Assembly: GCA_030167145.1 (NCBI GenBank)
Contig: CP126532.1
Span: 1,857,052-1,921,051, forward strand
DNA: 64,000 bases
DNA from: Ktedonobacterales bacterium
GTDB taxonomy: Bacteria > Chloroflexota > Ktedonobacteria > Ktedonobacterales > JADMIN01
Direction of reading: 5' to 3'
The position numbers and the translations under genes were made by a program. Shown one piece after another: positions 35,747 to 45,273 of the stretch. Each line of letters opens with the position of its first letter. The first letter of the stretch is position 1. The notes under the pieces are model-generated. The model made no database searches and had not been told where the DNA came from. It saw nothing but the letters and a program-made list of their open reading frames with translations.

Positions 35747-36781
35747 TTACGAAGTGCGCCCGAAAGGACGCAGGTGATCCCAGCCACGCGGCTCAAGCGC
35801 CTGCTCCGCGCCGTCAGGTAGACGCAGACGCATGCCGCGCTCCGGCTCGGTCAGTCGGCCAATGACGGTTGCGTCTGCGCCCACGGCGCGAACGGCATCC
35901 AGGGCAAGCGCAACCTGGTCGGGCGGCACGGCGAAGAGCAATTCGTAGTCTTCGCCGCCGGTGAGCGCGAGCGCGAGTGGATCGCGCCCAAACGCCCGCG
36001 CCACAGCCTCTGCCTCCGGCGCGACGGGAATGCTCTCTGCCGTCAACAGCGCGCCGGTGGCGCTGGCCGCGCAGAGGTGGCTGAGATCCGCCGCCAGCCC
36101 ATCGCTCACGTCTAGCATAGCGTCTACCACACCTGTCGCGGCAAGAGCGCGCCCTTCGACAACCCGTGGGAAAGGCGCGACCATCGCCTGCCGCGCGCTC
36201 GCTCTCATATCAGCGAGAATCGTGCCAGTTTCCTGGCTGTCGCCGCTGGTCGCCAGCAAGACGCCAGCGGCGGCGGCGCCGAGGCGTCCCGTCACGAGGA
36301 GCACATCACCTGGCTTGCCGCCGGAGCGCCGCAGTTCCGCGCCACGCCGCACGCGGCCCAGCAGCGTCACATCCAGCGCGAACGGCCCATCGGTCGCCGC
36401 GACATTGCCGCCGACCACCGCGACAGCGAAACGCGCGGCCAGTTGGCGCATACCAGCGTAGATGCCGTCGAGGGCGTCCACGGAGAGCGTCGGGGGCAGC
36501 AGCAGCGAGACGAGCGCCCAGAGCGGCTCCGCGCCCATCGCCGCGATGTCGCTGAGATTCACGGCGAGCGCCTTGTGCCCGATCTCTTCGGGCGTGGCGA
36601 CACCCCAGAGAAAGTGCCGCCCCGCGACCTGGGCGTCGCAGGTCGCCACCAGCAGCGCGTCTGGCCCCAGGTCGAGCAGTGCGGCGTCGTCACCCACCCC
36701 CAGCGCTACATCCGGGCGCGTGGCCAGGCCCGCCGTCAAGCGCGCGATCAGCCCGAACTCGCCCAGGTCGCGCGCCAGCAT
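35747..36781 (-). CDS. thiL: Thiamine-monophosphate kinase
   Basis: GEFGLIARL, GVGDDAALLD, ATCDAQVAGRHF, GHKALAVNLSDIAAMGAEP, GDVLLVTGRLG. The start is at 36781 or 36835. Confidence 0.85.
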   Translation of the reverse strand: MLARDLGEFGLIARLTAGLATRPDVALGVGDDAALLDLGPDALLVATCDAQVAGRHFLWGVATPEEIGHKALAVNLSDIAAMGAEPLWALVSLLLPPTLSVDALDGIYAGMRQLAARFAVAVVGGNVAATDGPFALDVTLLGRVRRGAELRRSGGKPGDVLLVTGRLGAAAAGVLLATSGDSQETGTILADMRASARQAMVAPFPRVVEGRALAATGVVDAMLDVSDGLAADLSHLCAASATGALLTAESIPVAPEAEAVARAFGRDPLALALTGGEDYELLFAVPPDQVALALDAVRAVGADATVIGRLTEPERGMRLRLPDGAEQALEPRGWDHLRPFGRTS

Positions 36782-37065
36782 GCCTGGTTCGCCCGCAATC
36801 TGCGCGCAATCTCGTGCGCTGTCTGATGGCTCCATATCCTGCCTCGCAAATACCAGAGTAACCCGCCAAGTATACACAAAGGCTTATTATTTCGCAACGC
36901 GCGGTTGGCGGAAATCGCGCAACGGGCGTCCACCGGACGCCCCTACAGAGGATTTGGCGAAGCGTTTGGCACGCGAAGTGTAAGGCAACGCATGGTGATG
37001 CTGGCCTGTTTGCGCAGCGCATGGTGCGTGACCCATGTGCGGGATGAAGGGAGGACGCGCCCGCG

Positions 37066-38001
37066 ATGCTGATATCTGACCTGCTGCGCCGCCTGCGCGC
37101 GCTACCACCAAAGCGACAGGCCGGGCTACTCGCCGGATGCGCGGCACTGTGTTCGTTCGCGCTCACGCTCCTGCTGCCGATGGGGGCGCTGCTGCCCGCG
37201 CCGCGTTCGCTGCTGGGCGGCGACTATGGCGACACCACGGCAGGCGGTTCGGAGCAGGGGTGGTCATCAATCGTCATATTGACTCCCGATCCATCCACAC
37301 CGACCGCTGTTCCCTGCCCCACGTATACGGGTGAGCGGCCGGACCGGGATGAGGTGAGCCGCGCGTTGGAGCGCGCCGCCGACGCCTATCATCTGCCGCG
37401 CAATCTGCTGTTCGCCGTCGCGTGGCAAGAGAGTAGCTGGCGGCAGGATGCGCGCTCGTGTGACGGCGGCGTCGGCCTGATGCAGATCCAGAACACCACG
37501 TGGGAATGGCTGAACGCGCAGCAGGCGCCCGCTTGCGCGCTGCGCCAGACGAGCTACGACCCGACGACGCTGCAAGGCAACGCGGACCTCGGCGCGAAGT
37601 TCCTCGCCTGGCTGAGTTGCTACTACACGTATTGGGGCGGCAACGGTGGCGTATCGGTCAGCGCGCCTGGTAATATGACGGCTGCATGGTATTATCAGCA
37701 GGCGGGGCTGCGGCTGCCCGACACCAGGACAACCGATGGCTCGCCCAATCCGGCGAGCCTCTGCGCCGCCGTCCTCGACGACCCGGCGTATCCCGAATAT
37801 GAGGCGCTGCACACGGCATCCGCCGAGGTGTGGAGTTGCCCCTACGATGCGACCAGCGATGATCCGACGCTGCTCGATTTTGTGCTCAGCGCGTATAACC
37901 AGGGCGTCCACCGCACCAACGACAGCGGCATCCAAAACTGGGGCTATGTGCGAAGTGTGGAGGCGTATATTTCGCTGTTCGCTATTGGCGCGCTGCCATA
38001 G
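37066..38001 (+). CDS. Lytic transglycosylase (SLT domain) protein
   Basis: N-terminal TM segment. The catalytic region is LLFAVAWQESSWRQDARSCDGGVGLMQI. Confidence 0.8.
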   Translation: MLISDLLRRLRALPPKRQAGLLAGCAALCSFALTLLLPMGALLPAPRSLLGGDYGDTTAGGSEQGWSSIVILTPDPSTPTAVPCPTYTGERPDRDEVSRALERAADAYHLPRNLLFAVAWQESSWRQDARSCDGGVGLMQIQNTTWEWLNAQQAPACALRQTSYDPTTLQGNADLGAKFLAWLSCYYTYWGGNGGVSVSAPGNMTAAWYYQQAGLRLPDTRTTDGSPNPASLCAAVLDDPAYPEYEALHTASAEVWSCPYDATSDDPTLLDFVLSAYNQGVHRTNDSGIQNWGYVRSVEAYISLFAIGALP

Positions 38002-38012
38002 ACGCCGGGCGC

Positions 38013-39149
38013 TCAGGGCAGGATGAGGTGCAGGTCGCCGAACTCGTGCCAGAGGTAGCGTTCGCGCAGCGCCTCGGCGTAGGCGAGTTGCAGGTGCGCG
38101 CGCCCCGCCAGCGCTTCGAGCATCGCCAGATGCGACGCCTTCGGCTCGTGCAGGCCGGTCAGCAGGCCATCCACCACGCGGATGCCGCGCTCCGGCGTGA
38201 CGATGAGCGGCGTCCAGCCTGCGCCGGGATGCGCCACGCCCGTTGTGTCTGCGACAGTCTCTAGCGCGCGAACGACGGTGGTGCCGACGGCGATCACATG
38301 CCGCCCGCCAGCGTGCGCCGCATTGACCAGCCGCGCCGTCTCCTCCGGCACGCGGTAGTGCTCTTCATAGGGCGGCTCGTGCTCTTCGAGGCTGGCGACG
38401 CCGGTATGCAAGAGCAGCGGCGCGATCTGCACGCCCTGGGCCACCAACTGGGTGAGCAGCTCCGGCGTGAAGGCGCGGCCCGCGGATGGCATCTCAGCGC
38501 TGCCTAGCTCGGTCGCGTAGACGGTCTGGTAATAGCGCGAAGGCCAGGCGCGCGGCACATAAGCGTAGCGGATCGGATAGCCATAGCGCGTGAGGTAGTC
38601 GTGTAGTGGCGCGGGCAGGGCAAGCGTGGCGACCCAGAGCCGCACTGGCCCATCGGGCGGGAGCGCGGCGCGGTCGGTGGCATAGGGGGTGTGCAGCGTG
38701 GCACTGGCTCCGCCTGGCAGGCAGAGTGTCTCGCCGACGACGGCCTCGCGAAATGGGCGGGTACCATGTTCGCTGGGCAGCCGTAGCTCGACGGTCCAGA
38801 GGTCGCCGGGCAGGTGCGTGGAGAGGTGCAGCGCCAGCGGCGTGCCATCGGCGCGTAGCACGTCCAGGGCGGCGTTCATCGTGCCGCTGGTGTTGATGAC
38901 CAGCACGTCACCGGCGCGCAAGAATTGCGTGATCTCGCGGAATTGTGTATGGACGATGCAGTTGGACTCGCGATAGGAGACCATCAGCCGCACGCCGTCG
39001 CGGCCCAGGCCGCGCGCCTCTGGCGGTTCGCTCGCCTCTAGCTCCGGCGGCAGGGTGAAATCGAGCGCGTCGTGCGTGGCCTCGTCGGCCTCAGGCGGCG
39101 ATGAAGAGCATGCCGTCGCATCGAGCGAATAGATGTGCTTGCGTGACAT
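38013..39149 (-). CDS. queA: S-adenosylmethionine:tRNA ribosyltransferase-isomerase (QueA-like)
   Basis: FTLPPELEASEPPEARGLGRDGVRLMV, GDVLVINTSGTMNAAL, and C-terminal AYAEALRERYLWHEFGDLHLI resembling the QueA YRFxSYGD end. Confidence 0.75.
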   Translation of the reverse strand: MSRKHIYSLDATACSSSPPEADEATHDALDFTLPPELEASEPPEARGLGRDGVRLMVSYRESNCIVHTQFREITQFLRAGDVLVINTSGTMNAALDVLRADGTPLALHLSTHLPGDLWTVELRLPSEHGTRPFREAVVGETLCLPGGASATLHTPYATDRAALPPDGPVRLWVATLALPAPLHDYLTRYGYPIRYAYVPRAWPSRYYQTVYATELGSAEMPSAGRAFTPELLTQLVAQGVQIAPLLLHTGVASLEEHEPPYEEHYRVPEETARLVNAAHAGGRHVIAVGTTVVRALETVADTTGVAHPGAGWTPLIVTPERGIRVVDGLLTGLHEPKASHLAMLEALAGRAHLQLAYAEALRERYLWHEFGDLHLILP

Positions 39150-39204
39150 AGGGAAGCGACTTTCTCTGGGCTAGCAACGCAGCGTATGCGGGAGGCATCC
39201 CCGG

Positions 39205-40341
39205 CTAGCCCTCTGGTTCGGCCTCACCTTCGACGGGCGGATGGAAGAGCGTCAATTGCATGCCGTCCACGGCGCGCAGCCGCTGGCTGGGATTGCCCCA
39301 GGAGGAGGATACGGGCGGACCCTCTGCGGTCGCGCCGTGCGCGGCCAGCGCCGCCGCCGTCGCCGCGACATCGCCGACCGCGAACGCCAGCCGCACTGGA
39401 CCGGATACGCGTCGTCCAGCTTCTATCTGGTCGGTGTAGGCGGAATCCGCTGAGTCGAGAAGCTCAAGCGTCGCGCGGCCCGCGTCCAGGAGCATCCCGC
39501 GCCCCTCTGGGGTGTTCCACTCCCGCGTGACGGGCAGCCCGAAGCCCTCGCGATACATCCGCGCGGCGGCATCGAAGTCTGGCACGGTGAGCGCGACGCG
39601 CAGTTCACATCCCGCGCCCGCCGCATCGGCAATTTCCGTCGCAGCGTTGAGCTCGCGGGCTTTGTAGCGTCCGCTGGGGAAATCGGTAGTGAGCAGGGCA
39701 AGGAGGCCGGGCACGCTCGTTTCTGGCAGTGGCCTATCGGAAATGTCCTCGCCAGGGAAGGCTTGCTGGTGAAGCGCGGTTCGCATATCACCCGGATCAA
39801 CCCAGTACACGCGCCACTCAGGATGCTCGGCGGCGAGGATGTTGGTGAGTTGCTCTAGCGCGGCCTTGCTGGAGCCGTAGCCGCCCCAGCCTTCGTATGG
39901 TTCGATGGCGGCGTCGCTGGTAATGTTGAGGATGTGGGCGTTGGGTCGTAGATGCGTGCGAACGGCCTGGAGCAGCGCCAGCGGAGCGATGGTGTTGGCA
40001 AGATAGACTTGCGCAAGGACATCGAGGGGGTAATCGAGCAGCGCGGGTTGGGGGCTGGGGCCGAGGATGCTGGCATTGTTGATGACGGCATCGAGGCCGC
40101 CCAGATTGCGTGCAGTGGCGGCCAGCGCCTGGCGGTGCGCGGGATCGGTGACGTCGCCGGCAAGGGCGACGACGTGGGTGTGCGCGGCAAGTTCGCGGCG
40201 GGCGGCTTCGAGGGCGTCGGCGCCACGGGCATCCAGAATAAGTGTCCAGCCCTGCGCGGCAAGGGCGCGGGCGAGGGCGAGGCCCAGCCCACGTGAGGCG
40301 CCGGTGATGAGCGCGGTATGGGGAGATGTTGAGGTGGGCAT
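39205..40341 (-). CDS. Short-chain dehydrogenase/reductase fused to a glyoxalase/VOC-like domain
   Basis: TGASRGLGLALARALA (Rossmann) and YGSSKAAL (catalytic YxxxK). The C-terminal ~120 aa are VOC-like (VALTVPDFDAAARMYREGFGLPV). Confidence 0.8.
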   Translation of the reverse strand: MPTSTSPHTALITGASRGLGLALARALAAQGWTLILDARGADALEAARRELAAHTHVVALAGDVTDPAHRQALAATARNLGGLDAVINNASILGPSPQPALLDYPLDVLAQVYLANTIAPLALLQAVRTHLRPNAHILNITSDAAIEPYEGWGGYGSSKAALEQLTNILAAEHPEWRVYWVDPGDMRTALHQQAFPGEDISDRPLPETSVPGLLALLTTDFPSGRYKARELNAATEIADAAGAGCELRVALTVPDFDAAARMYREGFGLPVTREWNTPEGRGMLLDAGRATLELLDSADSAYTDQIEAGRRVSGPVRLAFAVGDVAATAAALAAHGATAEGPPVSSSWGNPSQRLRAVDGMQLTLFHPPVEGEAEPEG

Positions 40342-40475
40342 TGCGTTTCCCTCTTTTCGCGAAGGGGCATAACATACCTTCTGAGGGTCATTCTATGCCG
40401 CCGCTTCACCATTCATCATCCCGCAAGAGGCCAGGTTTTGCCCCGTACAAAGGGACAGTGGCGAAGCAGGTGTGG

Positions 40476-42512
40476 TTAGTCTGCGTTGAGTGCTTTTATC
40501 GCGGCGGCGAGGGGTTCGCCGTAGAAGATGGGATCGACTTGCTCAACGACATCAGCCGATACCTCTAAGAAGGAGCGCTTATTTTCGCTCGGGATCAGGG
40601 CGCGCCGAGCGCCGTTATCCATGGCAACCTGAAGTAGCTCAGCGAGTGAGCGCGGAGGCAGGATGTTGCCTTGAATGGTCAGATCGCCGATGACAACGAG
40701 TGCTGGACGTACTGAGCGTTCCTTGATGGCGGAGTAGAGCGCAATGAAGAATGCGATGCCAGCCTGGGCGCGCTGACCCGAACCGGTGAGGTCAACGGCT
40801 TGAACATGGTAATCGTAGCTGGCAAGATCACGATCTACCCCCAGTTCGCGGGCACGCGCACGCATGTAATCATAGGCGGTGGTCAGTGAGGCTTTGGTAG
40901 CAGTGTCAGGGCTGCCAGTAATCTTGAGTTTGCCGCTGCCGTTGCCAATTTTGCCCACTTCGATGCGGTGGAGCGCGACCTTGTCTTCGTCAGTGAAGGT
41001 GGCGGAGTAGATGCTTCCGGGCGGAAGGGGGTCAGATGAGATGAGATCGCGGCCACCCTCCTCAGGTACACCGACAAAGTACTCTTGCATCGTTTCGTGG
41101 TCGATATACGAAAAGCTGGTCTGATAGTACTCGAAGGAGCCGAGCTTCTTCAGTTGCTCTTTGACCCGCCGGCGCCCTTCCAACGCGAACTCCAGATAGT
41201 CGCGCAGCTCGCCAGGCGTGACCTGACGGTCGGGATGAAGCAGTTTCACCAGCCCCGAGACGGTCTTGCGGACGGCTTTGGCATCACGCGTATTGAGATG
41301 TGCGCCAAGGGAAAAATGGGTATCAATGATATCGGTAAAGTTTTGCTTGCGTAGCTCGCGGACGGCCTCGGCAAGATAGTCTACGACGAAGCCATAGCGT
41401 TCGGTTTGGAGGTGCGTTGCCATTTTCGGCATCTCCCAACCGGGCAGATAGTAGTGAAGGCGATCAATGAACGCCATGTCGTCACGCATGGCGTCAGGCA
41501 ATGGCGCGAAGAGATGCGACGTTCTGACAAGCACATCAATAGGTTGGTTGGTATTGCCCAGGAAGACCATTGAGGCATCGGCGCCTAATTCTTCGCGCCC
41601 ACGGCTGAACGAACCGGATTCCATGTAATCTTTGAGGATCTGGATAGCGGATGTGTCGCTGAATTGGATACCAGCAACTTCGTCGAAGGCGACGACGTCC
41701 CAGAGGCCGACGAGTCCCATCTTGCCGGTGCCCATGTTGTAGAAGAGGTTGGCAACGGTGGTTTTGCCGCCGGAAACGAGAATGGCATAGGGAGTGGTTT
41801 CGCGGTAGATGAAGCTTTTGCCGGTGCCGCGCGGACCTAGCTCGATGAAGTTATAGTTGCGCTCGATCATCGGGATGAGGCGTGCGAGGAAGAGCAGCTT
41901 GAGGCGCCACTGCATGCCGTCAGGTTCGATGCCGATGCTGCGGAGTACGAGGTCGGCCCACTCGCTGGTGGTGAAGTGCTGGCGCGCTTCGACGTAGTCG
42001 GTGAGGGTGAAGCCCGCGAGTTGGATCGGCTTGAGATCGGTGACGTAGAAGGGATGGCTCTTGGGATCGTCATCTTTGTCGTCGCCGCGATAGTCGAGGT
42101 TGACCTGTGCCCAGATGCCGCCTTCGAGCAGGCGCGGATACTGGCGGACGAGGTGGTCGGGGACATGGAGGTAGCGATTGCCGAAGTTGGCCATCTCGCC
42201 CCAGTCATCTTTCTCGGTGGAGCGCACGCGGATCTTGTCTATGTAGACGCCCTGGCCGCGGTCCTTGACGGCGAACATCGCTTTGTTGGCTTCGTCGGGG
42301 CGGATGAAGTTTTCGGAGAGGGTGAAATTGACGAGGCGCAGACCAGCTTGAATGGCGGCGGGGTCATCGGTCGCGCAGTATTTGCCCAGCAGGTATTCGA
42401 GGACATAGACCGGTACATTGGCACCGACTTTGACCGCGTGGACGAGGTCTTTGCGGACGACTTTGCCGGCGAAGATATCCGTGACTTTGCGGTCTAGCTC
42501 TGACGCGGACAT
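40476..42512 (-). CDS. brxL: BREX Lon-like protease BrxL
   Basis: The N-terminus FAGKVVRKDLVHAVKVGANVPVYVLEYLLGKYCATDD is the hallmark BrxL start. Also an AAA-like GPRGTGKSF and a C-terminal Lon protease-like domain. Confidence 0.9.
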   Translation of the reverse strand: MSASELDRKVTDIFAGKVVRKDLVHAVKVGANVPVYVLEYLLGKYCATDDPAAIQAGLRLVNFTLSENFIRPDEANKAMFAVKDRGQGVYIDKIRVRSTEKDDWGEMANFGNRYLHVPDHLVRQYPRLLEGGIWAQVNLDYRGDDKDDDPKSHPFYVTDLKPIQLAGFTLTDYVEARQHFTTSEWADLVLRSIGIEPDGMQWRLKLLFLARLIPMIERNYNFIELGPRGTGKSFIYRETTPYAILVSGGKTTVANLFYNMGTGKMGLVGLWDVVAFDEVAGIQFSDTSAIQILKDYMESGSFSRGREELGADASMVFLGNTNQPIDVLVRTSHLFAPLPDAMRDDMAFIDRLHYYLPGWEMPKMATHLQTERYGFVVDYLAEAVRELRKQNFTDIIDTHFSLGAHLNTRDAKAVRKTVSGLVKLLHPDRQVTPGELRDYLEFALEGRRRVKEQLKKLGSFEYYQTSFSYIDHETMQEYFVGVPEEGGRDLISSDPLPPGSIYSATFTDEDKVALHRIEVGKIGNGSGKLKITGSPDTATKASLTTAYDYMRARARELGVDRDLASYDYHVQAVDLTGSGQRAQAGIAFFIALYSAIKERSVRPALVVIGDLTIQGNILPPRSLAELLQVAMDNGARRALIPSENKRSFLEVSADVVEQVDPIFYGEPLAAAIKALNAD

Positions 42513-42541
42513 GGGCAGGTATCCTCTCTTCTCAGTGTCGT

Positions 42542-45157
42542 TTAGAATAGAATGTCCAGATCAATTTCGTCGAGACGTTGTAACTCGCGTCCGGTGGTGG
42601 CATCGAGCAGGTGGATGGAGACGCGCTGTGGCGGCAGGTGGTCGCGCTCGATATGCAGGATGGCGGTGTCGGGCGCTATGGTGAGCGGGTCATCATCCTG
42701 AAAGCGCGGTTGTATCTCACCAGTGGCTTCACTATAGCCGTAGTCTGCGGCAACCAGCCGGGAGATGATGTCGCTCCCCGCGCGAATCTCGACCCGCACG
42801 GGCGGGAGCGCGGTGTCGAATAAGCTGACGCGCTGCCCGGCGATCTGGACGGAGCAGACACGGGAGGTGATTTTCTGCGAGCCAAGGGTGAGTCGCCATG
42901 CAATCTCGCGCCCCTCGCTGCTCGCGAGTGCTGCCGCGCGCGCCGTTGGGGTGATCACGACGACGGGAATCGCCATTTCTTGGGGGGATAGCCCGCCGTG
43001 GAAATAGGCGCGCGCGCCTCCGGGTAGTTTGAAGGCGCCAAAGCCCCAGGGTGTGGCAAGCTCCAGATCGGTGTCGTCCAGGTCGAAGGCGGCCAGCGGC
43101 GCGCGCAGATAGGCTTCGCTGGCAGCGCCACCACGCCCGATCCAGACACGACGGTGCAGGTCGCAGGTGTGGCCGCCGGGTGGCTCAATTTTCATGTCGC
43201 TGCCGAGTTCATCACTGAAGAGAAAGCCGTGGTCGGCGGTGACGATGATCTGTTTGCAGTGCAGCTCACTCAGTCGGCGGACGCCGCGCACCAGATTGGC
43301 GAGCAGTGCGTCCATGACGGTGTGCGCGAGGCTGATATTGTCCAACTCGCAAATGGCGTCAATTTCTTGTGAGGTAACGAGGATCAGGTCAGCGTCTTCG
43401 ATGTTTTTCTTTACGGCATTTTGGGTTGTGAGCAGAGCATCAAGCGTGGTTGCAAATACGCGTGTCGGGCGGTGGGCGGTGGATGGGACCTGTTCTTTGA
43501 GCCATTTGATGCGGCTGTCGCGGTCGCGCAGGACGGTGTCACGCAGGTGCAGGGCAAGATTGCCATTGGGGGCGGGCACAACCTTCACCCCTTCTTCGGC
43601 GCCAGGGAGGAGCGCGGCCATACCAATGGGCGTGATGGTGGGTACGGTACCTGCGGCAACGGCGAGGCGCGCGTCGTACCAGTCACCCAGGCTCTGGACG
43701 AAGATGCGCGCCATCTCATAGCGCAGGGCATCTACCAGGATGTATGCGGTTTTGCCAGCGCGCAGCGCTTCGGTGACATGGCGTGTGTAGATCTCGGTCT
43801 GGCGCTGGATGCCCGGAAGTTGGAAGCCTGCGTCCACCAGCGCATGGGTATAGCGCACCGCAAGGGTATCGCCGACGCGCATGTACCGCTGGCGGGCGTG
43901 GGTGAGGAGCTGTTCGAGGGTGGGGTGGCGCGCGATGGACTCAAAGCGACGGCTCTGTTGCTCTAGCTCGCGCTGGAGGGTATCTAGCTCGCACCAGGGG
44001 CGCTCGCCGTCGGTGTACGCATGCAGGATAGCGGCCGCCGAGAGGGTAGCGTGCTGGAGCGCGGCTTCGATCTCTGCCGCGCACAGCAGGAGGTTGCCCG
44101 CCGTGGCGCTGAGGGTCCAGCGGTCGTAGGCGTCAGGCAGGCGCTGCGCCCAATAGTCGCGCTTGCGCTGCTGGATGAGGTCGAGCAGTGTGGTGGATGG
44201 CGCGTCGCGTAGCGTGGTCTCCAGGGCGGTTTGGAGCGCGGTTTCGATGGCGGCGAAGGTTTCGCAGTCGCGTAGCTGCGCAAGGTCGAAGGGAATGCTG
44301 GACAGGCCAAGTTCGCGCTCGACGCGGTTGGCGTAGTCGGCATAGCTGTCGGCGAGGTCGCGCGTTTGGCGCCACCGCCGGACGAGCCGGAGGCACGCCT
44401 CACGCGGAGCCAGCTCCGTGGCAATGTTGACGGTGGCAAGCTGTGGAGGAACCGGCGGGTGAAGGCTGGCGAGAAGTTCAGTACACAGGAGGTGGCGCGC
44501 GAGACGCAGGCGCAACGTGGGGAGCGGCTCATCTGGCGGTAGCGGAATGCCGTAGGTTTCGCCAAGCAGCGCCGTGAGGTCGGGTTGAGCGTGTTTGGCG
44601 GCGATCTCGGTGTCGAATGTGTCGCCGGAGAGCAACTTGAGCGCCACTTCGTCGGGTATACCCGTGCCGAAGATGACGGCGATGACGCCGTGCGCTTCGG
44701 GGCTGCTGACGTGATCGCCGAGGCGATCCAGGTCGGCGAGGGAAAGCTGCCCTTCGTTGGCCTGCTTTTCGATGCGCTGAGCGTGTTCTACGCCGAGTAC
44801 GTCTTTCAGCGCGGCCTTGGCGATGACTGAGAGGCGGGTGTTGCGCTGCCAGGGCTGCTGGCCGGGCTTGAGAACGACGCCAGCGGCGGTCAGTTCGATG
44901 AGCGCATCGTGGGTGTCGTCTTCAGCGAGGGGCACGTAGACGACGAGGCGCGGCGGCTGTTCGCCCTCCAGTAGCGGCGCGACATCGTGGCGGAGTTGAA
45001 AGAAGCTGCCTGCGTAGCGGGCGATGGTGGTATCGGGGAGGGTGAGCGCGGAGGCGAGGTCGCTATAGTGTCGTTCGGGGTCGAACCAGACGACGAGCCG
45101 CTTTTCGGTGACCTGTTTGGCGATCAGGTCGCGTAGATAGTCGCTGACGATTCCCAT
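42542..45157 (-). CDS. pglZ: BREX alkaline-phosphatase-superfamily protein PglZ
   Basis: 871 aa. YILVDALRYEM and VTADHGFLF match the PglZ phosphatase-fold motifs. It sits between pglX and brxL. Confidence 0.85.
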   Translation of the reverse strand: MGIVSDYLRDLIAKQVTEKRLVVWFDPERHYSDLASALTLPDTTIARYAGSFFQLRHDVAPLLEGEQPPRLVVYVPLAEDDTHDALIELTAAGVVLKPGQQPWQRNTRLSVIAKAALKDVLGVEHAQRIEKQANEGQLSLADLDRLGDHVSSPEAHGVIAVIFGTGIPDEVALKLLSGDTFDTEIAAKHAQPDLTALLGETYGIPLPPDEPLPTLRLRLARHLLCTELLASLHPPVPPQLATVNIATELAPREACLRLVRRWRQTRDLADSYADYANRVERELGLSSIPFDLAQLRDCETFAAIETALQTALETTLRDAPSTTLLDLIQQRKRDYWAQRLPDAYDRWTLSATAGNLLLCAAEIEAALQHATLSAAAILHAYTDGERPWCELDTLQRELEQQSRRFESIARHPTLEQLLTHARQRYMRVGDTLAVRYTHALVDAGFQLPGIQRQTEIYTRHVTEALRAGKTAYILVDALRYEMARIFVQSLGDWYDARLAVAAGTVPTITPIGMAALLPGAEEGVKVVPAPNGNLALHLRDTVLRDRDSRIKWLKEQVPSTAHRPTRVFATTLDALLTTQNAVKKNIEDADLILVTSQEIDAICELDNISLAHTVMDALLANLVRGVRRLSELHCKQIIVTADHGFLFSDELGSDMKIEPPGGHTCDLHRRVWIGRGGAASEAYLRAPLAAFDLDDTDLELATPWGFGAFKLPGGARAYFHGGLSPQEMAIPVVVITPTARAAALASSEGREIAWRLTLGSQKITSRVCSVQIAGQRVSLFDTALPPVRVEIRAGSDIISRLVAADYGYSEATGEIQPRFQDDDPLTIAPDTAILHIERDHLPPQRVSIHLLDATTGRELQRLDEIDLDILF

Positions 45158-45273
45158 TGCTGTGCTGTTCCCTCTCGACTCACGTACTCGTTCACGCGGC
45201 GTTATGCGCGTTTATACGCGCGCGTATAAGTGCGTGTGAATGTTTATACGCGCGCTCATAACCGCTCATAAGT